64,000 bases of DNA. It comes from Naegleria gruberi. Its lineage: Eukaryota. Below, in pieces: positions 33,801 through 43,854 of this stretch; the first letter of the stretch is position 1, and each line of letters opens with the position of its first letter. The position numbers were made by a program, and so were the translations under genes. The stretch lies in the NCBI GenBank assembly GCA_000004985.1, contig GG738867.1, one strand, 5' to 3'. The notes under the pieces are model-generated. The model did no database searches. It was not told where the DNA came from and worked only from the letters and a program-made list of their open reading frames with translations.

Positions 33801-35635
33801 CTTTGTACGGTTATGCCTTCTCTCCTCGTGAAGAATATTTGATTTTGAGTTTGTTTAATGAAACTCTCCACCTCGAAATTCAAAACAGTTCAATTGATAA
33901 CTTCTTGAACAACAACCCAGTTTTGATCAAGTTGGTTGTTAACTATTGCCATGAACGTATCCAAGGTAAACAATTCTTGCAAAAGGTTTTGTTCGATAAG
34001 ATCTTGGAACCAATCATTGAAGAAAAGGATTTGAACTTGAATTTGAACGCTGTTACTATTTTGAAGGAAAGAATTTCCCAACAAGAAGTTGAAACTGGTG
34101 TTAAGAGCGATATCAACATTAAGGATATGACCTATGAAAAGGCTATGCAAGATGAATACGTCAGTAAGCTCGTCCAACAACGTACCAAAAAGATGATTGA
34201 CATTTGTCAAGGTGTTTTGGATACATTGAATGACAACATTAACGAATTGCCATACGGTTTGAGATATATCTGTAGACAATTGAAGGTCATGTTGGGTAAG
34301 AAGAATCCAAATGCTACCGAAGAAGATATTAACCGTGTTGTTTCATATTTATTGTTCTTTAGATTCCTTAACGGTCCATTCTGTGGTTGTGACTCTTACA
34401 ACTTGACTAAGAAGAAGATTTCTGCCAGTATGAGAAATAATTTGGCTTGGATTTCAAAGGTTTTGATGCGTGTTTCTACATTCAAAGAATTCGATAAGGC
34501 TTATGACATTCACTTCTGTGTTGTCAATGAATGGATTCAACAAGCTATTCCTACTTTCGTTGAAAAGTTCATTAAGCCAGCTATTGTTATCCCAGAACCA
34601 GAAGAACAATTGGGTGTCCATCAATTTATTGAACTCACTCAAAAGAAGTCACCTTCTATTACTATTACCTTGAACGAAATTGCTCAAACTCATGGTTTGT
34701 TGGCTAAGTTCTTGAACAGAATTGCTCCAGACGAAAAGGATCCATTGAGAGAAGTTTTGAGCAACTTCAAGGACATGATTCCAGAACAAGTTGAATCAAC
34801 AAAGAATGAAGAAATCAGTTTGCCACTCCAAGTTAGAACTAACATTGAAAACTTGGATTTGGAAGTTAAGCCAGAACAATTGTACGAAATTGCTAAAGAA
34901 CACTTCCGTGGTATTTTACGTGTCATTACTCCACAACAATTGGGTGAAAATGTTGCTGAAACTGTAGATAAGGCTGAAAAGTATGCCGAAGAATTGATCG
35001 ATAGTTCTAAACAAGAAGCTGATGGTATTCAATTGAAGAGAAAGGTTGAAGAACTTAGAAAGGCTCTTCCAAAGTTGGCTGATGCTGAAATTCTCTCAGC
35101 AGCCAACGGTTATAGAAAATTGTTGACTGATATTACTAAGGAAATTCAAAACAGAGGTGAAGTTAGAAAGAGACAAGTTCGTGAATTGGAACGTTTAACC
35201 GAAAGTTTGGAATCCCTCAAGGAACATCAAAACTTCCTCAAGGAAAAGGACAAGAGTTTGGACGACTACGTCCAACAAACCCTTCGTAACTACTTTGAAG
35301 GAAAGAACAAGAGAAAGCAAAAGTCTGGAAAGAAACAAGTTTACAAGTTCAGCTACTCTCAACTTTCAGAGAAGTATAAGGTTATTGCCGAAATGACAGA
35401 AGGAGGTGCTTTGAAGAAGGGTATCAAATTCCAAATCTCTATGGATGAAGCTAATCCAGGTTTCTTTACAGTTGAAGCTAAATTGGCTGGTGCATCACTC
35501 AAGACAATTAACTTGCGTCTTGATGAACTTTTGGACAAACGTGGCAGAGGTGAAGCTCTTCTCAAACTCGATGGTGTTTCACTCAATGTAAATATGACTA
35601 TTCACATGATGAATAAGCTTTTCGTTAGCAAGTAA
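30876..35635 (+). CDS. IQGAP-related protein: calponin-homology domain + ~8 filamin/ABP280-type Ig repeats + RasGAP-related domain + RasGAP-C; 2 exons (30876..31188, 31398..35635)
   Basis: A 209 nt intron at 31189..31397 (gtatgt…taatag) joins …PDHYIF|EVTDLWELKNVWKVVHCLHTLSLHLYRNGL. This matches the IQGAP CH-domain motif LFETVDLYEKKNMPRVIYCIHALS. The repeats are of the form G-x-G-L…A…F-x-I-x-T/A-x-D-x-G-N. The RasGAP-related domain carries …LRYICRQLKVMLGKK… and …YLLFFRFLNGPF…. Total length is about 1516 aa, with very strong codon bias. Confidence 0.8.
31650..33350 (+). repeat. Filamin-type repeat coding array (about 8 units of ~95 aa)
   Basis: The translation shows a recurring …SG-x-G-(L/V)…V…A…F-x-(I/V)-x-(T/A)-(R/K)-D-x-(G/F)-G-N…Y-x-(V/F)-x-Y-T-P periodicity. 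Confidence 0.6.
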
Positions 35636-35651
35636 ATAAATAAAAAAAACA

Positions 35652-36314
35652 TTAAATTTTATCACCGCTCTCAAGTTCTTTTTCAATCTTTGGAACTACA
35701 TCCTCTAATGGCGTATTATTTCCACATCTATAAACAACTGCCCCATTCTTATCAATGAGGAACTTTTCGAAATCCTCAACTATGGTCTTACTGGATCCTT
35801 CTCTGAAATTGCTCAAATAATGATAGGCATCTCCACATTCTGCTTTAACCGTGAGAGCGTCATAATTAACAGAAGAGCATGTTTCGTATTCATGTGGAAC
35901 GCCTTTACATACAAACAGCTCATTCCTGCTTGTTTCAATTTCATCACAGAGGAATTTTCTCAAAGGGGTGGCTGTTGAGGATGTTGGTTTGAAAGGATAT
36001 CTGGGAATTACCAATACTTCAAATCCTTTCTCTGCATATCTATCTTTGAGTTGTTGAAGTTCTTTGAGGAAAGCATAATAATTCGGATTGTCAGTATTGC
36101 AAATCGCAACCAGTGATAACTTTCCTTTAAATTCTCTAAGATGGACCCATTTTCCTCTTATATCTTTCACGGAATAATTATAAAAGTTGATGGCAGTGTC
36201 AGAAGCTGGCGTGCTTGATTTATTAGATGATGAAAACAGAGCTTTCTTGGGGAGGGCAGAATAAACAGGAGTATTATTTATTCGAATTGAAACTCTCTGA
36301 ATGGTTCGATACAT
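35652..36314 (-). CDS. Glutathione-peroxidase-family (thioredoxin-fold) protein with N-terminal presequence-like extension
   Basis: GPx-like blocks are present (…FYNYSVKDIRGKWVHLREFKGKLSLVAICNTD…, …KGFEVLVIPRYPF…, …WNFTKFLIDKNGAVVYR…-like). The catalytic NVAS(C/U)G motif is replaced by VAICNTD. Confidence 0.55.
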   Translation of the reverse strand: MYRTIQRVSIRINNTPVYSALPKKALFSSSNKSSTPASDTAINFYNYSVKDIRGKWVHLREFKGKLSLVAICNTDNPNYYAFLKELQQLKDRYAEKGFEVLVIPRYPFKPTSSTATPLRKFLCDEIETSRNELFVCKGVPHEYETCSSVNYDALTVKAECGDAYHYLSNFREGSSKTIVEDFEKFLIDKNGAVVYRCGNNTPLEDVVPKIEKELESGDKI

Positions 36315-36418
36315 TTTTATTTACTTTCAAATCAAACTCTATTGTTTAAATTTATATTCTTGCCTTGTAAGGAATGTGTCCAAACATAGTTACTCCACAG
36401 TTATGGTAATGCTCAAAT

Positions 36419-39400
36419 TTATTTCAATTTGCTCAACATTTCAATAAGTTCTTGCAAATTTTCGTAAGTAACCATCACGCTTGATACAGAGTGGCCAACA
36501 CCTGAAATATTACCTGATGATTTTCTACCTAACGAACTGCTGTTCATTGAAATGTTCAACATGCTACTATTGTTAAGAATTGAAGAGTTGAGATTGCTCT
36601 TGTTCAGATTTTGTTTCTTCTTATCTGTGGCATACTTTCTTTGCATCAACTTGGATAATGAAACACATCTCTTCAACAAGTCTTCTCTGACGGCTTTCAA
36701 TCTCTTTGTGTCTGCCTTCTTAATTAGTGAAAGAGCTCTCATGAATATTTCTTCTCTTTCTCTGTAAATTTGAAGTTGATCGAATAAAATTTCGAACCAT
36801 TCATTCTTTTCGTGAACCAGACAATTCAAATACTTAATTCTTGTCAAATTAAGTAATATATCAAGAATGTGAATAAGAAGTTCAGTATGAGGTTTGGATC
36901 TATTGAGCATCTTGATAAAGCTGTACAAAATAGGAACTGCATTGTTGGTAACCAAACTTTCACAACAACTATCACTCCATGTTGTGGTTGTAGCCAAGTT
37001 AGCACATGCACTCATGACTTGATTAACAGAGTTGGATTTGAGCAATACTTCCAAAGAACGTTGGGTTCTATACTTGAGTTTCTTTCTTTCATCAACATTG
37101 GCAGATAAGGTTGTAATTCTTTCTCTGATAGCATTGACTTGATCAGCATTACAACGTCTAACCATGAAGCCTCTGAAAACCTTTTGGATTTTTGTTGCAG
37201 CATCATGCATTTGATGTGAAACACTCTTAATATGATTGATAAATCTTGCAGTAACATGTCTTCTTGCAAGTGCTTGCAACACCAAAACTCTATCTTCTTC
37301 TTGGCTTCTCTTTTTCTCTTCCAAAAATCTTCTGATAGATGTTTGAGCAACAATAGTATGTTCTCTGTCTTGGATGAATTCATTTTGGGCTTGTGTTGCT
37401 CTAATCATGGTTTGAGTATCAACAATGGTGCACATTTGTTGTTGGACTCTCTTTCTTTCCAAGAATCCTCTAATAGAAGCTTGGCAGCTGATAACATCAA
37501 AGGTTTCACAATAGAATGAGACACGAGCAAGTACGCCCTTAATGATTGCTTGACTAAGATAGATGTCATAATAGTCATCCAAAATACTTTCTCTATCATT
37601 CTTAGCTCTAAGGGAAGCTTGGATAGAGAGAATACCTTGTTGCATAAGGTTGGCCTTTTCTCTTTCTCTGAAACTTCTGATGGTAGTTTGAAGAGAAACA
37701 GCTCTATTGGTTTCGATTGAGTGATTCTTTCTATCTCTGAAACCTCTGATTAATGTTTGCAACAATGTGATGGAATTAATGCTTGCCTCTTTTTCTTGTT
37801 GGACTTGATGTCTTCTCATATTGGATTGAAGTGAAAGAACAGATCCAACAAAGTTATTGTACATCTTTCTAAAGAATCCATCTCTCATAGCTCTTTGTAT
37901 TACCATGAGCGATTCTGTTTGTCTTTGTTGATTGTTACGTTGGAGACGACCTCTGATAAGGGCTTGCAAGGTAGTGACTCTATCGAAAGATTCCTCCTTG
38001 TTCTTTCTATCCAAACTTCCCAAAATAATAGCGGATAGAATGTAAGCACGGTATCTGTCCATCAAAGTATCACACTCAAGAGTGAATCTTCTCATAAGAG
38101 ATTGCATTGATGTAATTCTTTCAGTGGATTCAATCATTGCATTCTCAGTTCTAACTCGTCTTAGCAAGGATTGCATGATTTGAACTCTTGATTCTTGGTA
38201 TTTTTGATGAGACTTTTCAATAAATCCTCTAGAAATAGCTTGCATAATGACGATCTTCTTCTGTTCTTCAGCAAATTGTCTTTTTGCAAAAAGGCTTCTT
38301 GCCAAAGATTGAATCGATATTATATCAGCCTTGTCTTGAGCGAATTGAGATCTCTCTTCTTTACCTCTAACTAAGGCTTGTGATTCAGAGATTAGAGAAA
38401 TAGAATCCAATACCTTTCTTCTTTCAACCAAACCTCTTACCATTGATTGTTGAAGAACAATAGCAGATTCATCTTCTTCCAAAGCATTTTCAATATATGA
38501 CTCAAAGTTTTGCATTTCTATTTCATTAAAATAGTCCAACAATTCGGCATAGTCAAGGTAGAATTGCTTTCTTGAAAGATAACCCCTAATGACAGCTTGA
38601 GTTACTTCAACGTCATAAATGTCATCGAGATGAGATTCTCTTTCAATAAAGCTTCTCATAATAGATTGAATATTGAGAGCAGATTGTTTGAATTCAAAGA
38701 CTTTCTTTTGATCTGCAAATGCTCTAGATAAAGCTTGAAGAGTGGTGACTTCTTTCTTTTGAACTACAGTATTCTTTCTACAAAGATATCCTCTAGCCAT
38801 TGCTTGTAGTCTGACTGTCAATTCCATTAGAATTCTGTGTTTTCTTTGTTGTCTAAGGAATTCCAACTTCTTTCTTTCAATATTAGCACGAGTACGGGCT
38901 TCTATAATTGTAGAGGCATCTCGTAAATTGTGGAGTCTTTTTTGCATGTAAATAGTGTGCATCCAATTTTGAATGACAACAAGGGCCTTAGTTTGAATGA
39001 CATTCTCCTTATGTAAATATAATTGATTGAATAAGTGGCCAATTTTACAGACCATTTGATGTTCATCATAATCCTTACTGATTTCTACTGTCTTCTTTTG
39101 AATTTTAGTTGGAGAGAATGAGGCACTCCAACATCCATTGTTGGAATATTGATAATGGTGCAAGAAATCTCTATTCTCTTCTCTAGGTAATATTTCTTCG
39201 AGAGGGAGAGGAGATGGAAGTCTATATTGATTAGAAACAAGGTTAAATACTATTTCTTCTTCAGTTTTAAGCGAAGGAGATGAAAAGTTCCAAACTTTGT
39301 ATTTGGCAGGCAGATTATCATACCTTTCCAATACAGCTTGAATCCATTGAAGAAGCATTGCAACTCTAATATCCTTATAACCTTGAATTAATGAAATTTG

Positions 39401-40563
39401 ATGAATTCCAATGCCGAAATTCTTGAGCTCGTGAACCAATTGTGCCATATTTACAGGAAGGGATTTTTCCAATTCTTTTTGTTTTTCTAAAATTTTTTGA
39501 ATTTCAGACCTAGCAGTACTTTGAATGATTCTCTTCTGAGTTGTGGAAAGACTGTTATTAGTAAGAGCTGATGAATTAGAAGCTACAGCTCTCGATTGTC
39601 CAATAATTGATGATGTTTCCTTTTTCATCTTTTCAGTCTTTTGAATCTTAGTCTTGTTGATGAGTGTAGATTTTTCCAATCTTGATTGCTCTGTTGGTGC
39701 TGTTGTTTTGGTTACTGGTTGAGTTCTTCTAACAATCATTGAGGAATTTTCATTTGGGAGAATGGCAGAAATATTACAAGTGGATAAGTTAAAGGTTGTT
39801 TCTTCAGGTTTTTGAGTGGTAGTTGGTTGTACTCTTGTTGTGTTAAGTCTGGATGTAGTAGTGAGTGGTTTCCTAGTTGTTTGTGCTTTAGTTGCTTCCA
39901 TAGCTTCTCCCATCAAGTAAACAGTAAATCTGAATCTTGTGTTCCACAAAAATACAAGTTGGCAAGAGATTTTACCTGGCTGTAATGGTTGCCAAGAAAT
40001 AGGTATTTGGTAATCTCCACATAGAGCTGGTATAGCATGTGAAACTTCACGAATAGTGAACCCAAACTGAACTGGAAGTTTTTCTACAGCAATTTCTTGT
40101 TGCTTTTGGATTGGATTTGATACAAAGAGTGTCATAACTTTTGATGTACCAAGTTTAACCCTACCAAAGTCAACATATACCTTACTAGCAAATTGTTTGA
40201 GAACCAGAGTTGGCCCTGTTGGAACACCAACTGGTTTTTTATAATTGTTTCATCCATTGTAGCAATAGATGAAAGACCAGAAAAGGTGAGGTCTTGTATT
40301 ATATTTTCCTTGTCATCAACCATTAGAGAAGTATTACTTCCAATTTGTGAAGTTTGAAGAAGAGAGGCATTAGATCGGTCGACACGGTCTACCACAAATC
40401 TGCTGAATTGTGCCTTGTTAAATTGTGGAGAGTTCATGATGGCAGCTGATTTGTTTGTTGTTGTTGATAGAATAGGAAGAGTTTGTGAAGTGTTGAGTGC
40501 ATTGTTGTTGATATTTTGTTGGTTGTTATTATTCACCAGGCTACCTAGCAGTGATCGATTCAT
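36419..40563 (-). CDS. ASPM/abnormal-spindle-like protein: ASH domain, CH-like region, ~30 IQ motifs, C-terminal ARM-like domain; probable 2 exons (40563..40278, 40230..36419)
   Basis: ORF 40132..40563 and ORF 36419..40135 are in different frames. A 47 nt intron at 40231..40277, with a non-consensus GTCTTT donor and an aaaaaaccAG acceptor, joins …QDLTFS|VGVPTGPTLVLKQFASKVYVDFGRVKLGTSKVMTLFVSNP, giving a continuous ASH-like fold. IQ motifs ([IL]QxxxRGxxxR) recur from about aa 430 to 1000. Confidence 0.65.
37135..38845 (-). repeat. IQ-motif repeat array (coding) within the ASPM-like gene
   Basis: IQ motifs recur every ~23-27 aa in the translation (e.g. LQALSRAFADQKK, IQSIMRSFIERE, VIRGYLSRKQF, LQALIRGRLQRN). 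Confidence 0.55.
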
Positions 40564-40644
40564 TTTTTTTGAATTTGTTTTTAAAAGACTTAACGTTTCC
40601 CGCCTTCAATTTTGGCGGCAAAGTTTTAAATCATTCAAAGAAAA

Positions 40645-42864
40645 ATGAGCGGCAACAATGCCTACAGTTCTTTTGCCTCCAATCATCAATACGGAGGAGA
40701 GGAAGATGACGACGATCAGTATCATGAAGAGGTTGAAGACAATTTGGAATACGATAATAATTTAGATGATAGTTCTTATAGAAAGAGAAACTATTTGACT
40801 TACGAGGAATATGAATTGGATGAAGAGGACGAGAGATTAATAAGAGAGGAATTAGGAGAGTATGACCCTGAAAATAATCAGAGCCAAATGGAACAACACG
40901 AAGAGGAGGAAAACTTTGATGATATTACCGAAGAGTTCTTATTATCAAAAGTAAATGAGCTCAACAAATTGGCTATCCAAATTGATGTGCTGAGTTTCGG
41001 AGGTGACCAACAAGAAATAGAGGAGACTAGAGCTCAGATGGACAATATAATAGCCTTCATCTGCAAAGTTACTAAAGTCAAGAGAAATATAGAAAATTAC
41101 ATCAAATCAGATAATAAGCGTATTTCTTCATCCCTTCCTTCATTGTTCATTGATTTAAAAGCAGATATTAGGAAGTTGTTTCATACAGAAAGGTCAATAC
41201 TCTCACATACATCATTCAATACTACCCAGGAGCATAATGAACCTGAGGCTCCTAGGGAAACAAAACACTATAACAGTGTTGTTGATCACCATGTAGAAGC
41301 TTCGGGAGAATATGAAGATGATGCAGAGCAGTATCATCAGGAAGGGGATGAGGAAGAACATTATCAAGATGAAGAAGAACAGGAAGAACATGACGAAAAT
41401 CACAATGAAGAAGAACAGGAGAATGAACAAGAAATGCCTGAACCTTATGAACCATACGAGCCAACCTATTATGAAGATGATGTAGATTATACACTTGATG
41501 CTGAAGATGATGAGCTTTCCAACATATCAGAGGATGATTCAGATGATATTAAACAGTTAGATTTTCTAAGGGATCAATGTACGAAGAAGAGTATTGAATT
41601 AATTCAAGCAAGAAATGAGAGAGAAAAGGCCTTAACCACCTATCACTGCAATGAAATGATAAGGAAAGACCCAAATTCAAAAGAAAAATATCAGTTGGTG
41701 CAGCAATTGATTAATAATTGCCGTGCTGAGCTGGATAAACTTAATAAGGAAATTGAGAGATTCAGTAGAGAAGCCATTGAAATAAGGAAACAAACAGAGA
41801 TTAACAAACCAACGAGACCAAAACCTAATAAGAAATTGCCAAAAACTCCTGAAAAGAAGAGGATTGAGAGAATTGAACATATGGTTCAAGAAATAACAAC
41901 ACCTCGTGCAAATAAGGATTCGGTTGTAATGTTGACACCTTCACAATTAAAGGAAAGACAAGAAAACAGTGATCTTCAGAATATGTACAATAGACTGGAA
42001 GCAAGTTTGTCGAAAACCCCTCAGGCTAAAGAGTATGCGGATGAAAAACCAAAAGCAAGCAAGCCAAAGCCTCCAAAGCAGCCAAGTAATAACACAAGGT
42101 CAGTGGATCCAAATCTCTCAATGGAACCATCAAAAGAAAAGACAAGGCCAATGTCATCCTCTATAGCTGTGACTTCTGCCAATGACCCAAGAAAGAAAGC
42201 TCAAGAAAGGTTAAAGGAAAAAATTCAAAAAGAAAAGGAACAAAAGGAAAAGGAAGATTTGGAAAAGGCAGAAAAACTCAAAAAGTTGGAAGAAATATGC
42301 AGTAAGCAACAAACTATCATCCTCGAAGAAAGAAAAGCTCTAACAACCAAAAAATATCTCGAGGAAATCCTTTCAGATGATTCAGATGAGGAAAGAATGA
42401 AAGAAATGGAGGATGAAGAAAGAAGAAGAATGGAAGAAGAAAGAGTTGAAGAAGCCAGAAGAAAGGCGCTCCTTAGAGCTAAGGAAAAGAAAAGAAAAGA
42501 AATAGAGCGAGAAAAAGAAATGGAAGAAGAACGAAAAAAGAGAGAGGCTGAAAAGTGGAGAAAAAGGGATGAGGGTCTAATGGCATTCAAGCTTAAACAA
42601 GAAATGGAAAAGGAAAAGAAGATGGATGTGAGAACTTCAAAGCCAACTATGCCACAACAAGCTCCACAAATCATAAAACCAAAACAACAAAACAAAGAAG
42701 CAAAGCCGTCAACCACTTCTCAAAAGACAAGAAAATCAATGCCAGCCACTGCAGTAACAGATAGTCCTCTACTAGATGGCCTCAATACACGAGATGATGG
42801 CCACGACTATTTACAATTTTCACCACCACCGCCAATGTTTAGTACCAGTAAACTAAAGAAATAG
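40645..42864 (+). CDS. Highly acidic/charged coiled-coil protein (E/D/K-rich), unknown function
   Basis: The ORF is 739 aa with poly-E/D tracts and a K/E-rich C-terminal half. No domain was recognised. The antisense ORF 42225..42716 is a composition artefact. Confidence 0.5.
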   Translation: MSGNNAYSSFASNHQYGGEEDDDDQYHEEVEDNLEYDNNLDDSSYRKRNYLTYEEYELDEEDERLIREELGEYDPENNQSQMEQHEEEENFDDITEEFLLSKVNELNKLAIQIDVLSFGGDQQEIEETRAQMDNIIAFICKVTKVKRNIENYIKSDNKRISSSLPSLFIDLKADIRKLFHTERSILSHTSFNTTQEHNEPEAPRETKHYNSVVDHHVEASGEYEDDAEQYHQEGDEEEHYQDEEEQEEHDENHNEEEQENEQEMPEPYEPYEPTYYEDDVDYTLDAEDDELSNISEDDSDDIKQLDFLRDQCTKKSIELIQARNEREKALTTYHCNEMIRKDPNSKEKYQLVQQLINNCRAELDKLNKEIERFSREAIEIRKQTEINKPTRPKPNKKLPKTPEKKRIERIEHMVQEITTPRANKDSVVMLTPSQLKERQENSDLQNMYNRLEASLSKTPQAKEYADEKPKASKPKPPKQPSNNTRSVDPNLSMEPSKEKTRPMSSSIAVTSANDPRKKAQERLKEKIQKEKEQKEKEDLEKAEKLKKLEEICSKQQTIILEERKALTTKKYLEEILSDDSDEERMKEMEDEERRRMEEERVEEARRKALLRAKEKKRKEIEREKEMEEERKKREAEKWRKRDEGLMAFKLKQEMEKEKKMDVRTSKPTMPQQAPQIIKPKQQNKEAKPSTTSQKTRKSMPATAVTDSPLLDGLNTRDDGHDYLQFSPPPPMFSTSKLKK

Positions 42865-42889
42865 TATTTTTCAATAGATTACAAAAAAA

Positions 42890-43594
42890 ATGCCTGAAGA
42901 ACTCACACAATATTTCACAATCAATAAGCAACAGTTTCAACTCGAAACCACAATAGATTGGCAAGTAAAATCTGTTCATCACGAATTATCGGAATGTGGT
43001 TCATCTTCAGAAAGTTCTAAACGAAAGAGAATTAGCCTTTCCGATGACGTATCGAAATTAAGAAAAATACAGCACAACAATACAGAAATATTGCCACAAG
43101 ATATTCTGTGGGAAATAGTAAAATTTCTAGATGCAAAACAAATATGGTACGAAATTTGCATGATTTGCAAAGATTGGAATTATTGGATTCATTACGAATT
43201 TAATTCTAGAACAATGTGGAGAGACCTATATTTCACTGAATTGAAAATTGGATCACAACATCAAGCACATGATACCAAAGTGGATTATTTGCAAAGATTG
43301 GCTCAATATTCGTTTTCTAGAGACTTGAATTTGAAATTAACCATAAATTCTAGAATTAACCCACACTATTCAAGAAATACTGCATTGGTAGAAGTTATTA
43401 ATAATGTTGGACATTTGGTGCATATTGTGAAATATAATGAGATAGATACCTCCTTTAGTACCGTAGCAAAAGTTTCATATGATTTTGAAACAATTGTTTA
43501 TTCTAGAAAGGGAAATGGTGATTATGTCAAGTTTAGCTGCCATATTACAAACAGTTTAATGCAAGAGCTACGAAAGCCGTTATCTGGAAATTAA
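42890..43594 (+). CDS. Small F-box protein
   Basis: …ILPQDILWEIVKFLDAKQIWYEICMICKDWNYWI… is a good F-box match. The ATG is in aaaaaaaaATG context. Confidence 0.55.
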   Translation: MPEELTQYFTINKQQFQLETTIDWQVKSVHHELSECGSSSESSKRKRISLSDDVSKLRKIQHNNTEILPQDILWEIVKFLDAKQIWYEICMICKDWNYWIHYEFNSRTMWRDLYFTELKIGSQHQAHDTKVDYLQRLAQYSFSRDLNLKLTINSRINPHYSRNTALVEVINNVGHLVHIVKYNEIDTSFSTVAKVSYDFETIVYSRKGNGDYVKFSCHITNSLMQELRKPLSGN

Positions 43595-43854
43595 ATGTAT
43601 TGGAAAAGATAAACCTATTGACTTGGTAAAGTATCTGATTATTTCAAGTGAAGGAGATGGAATTATTGATATAAGATCTTTTACAAACATATTGAAGAAT
43701 ATGGGATTTGAATTTCCAACCAAGGTAGATTTGTTTGCTTACCTAGCTTTATTCACTCTTTACCCTGCAAGACTTGATGCGATTACACTGGGTGAATTGT
43801 GGCAATCATTGAGTTTTAGGATTCTTCGTTCCAATTAGTTTGAAATAAACTCCT

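Noticed and set aside
43623-43838. 71 aa ORF (TTG start) with a faint EF-hand-like DGIIDIRSFTNILKNMG segment between two convergent genes
   Set aside because: It has no ATG and sits in a 260 nt spacer between convergent stops. It cannot be joined in frame to the upstream F-box gene by any plausible intron. It is most likely 3' UTR sequence.
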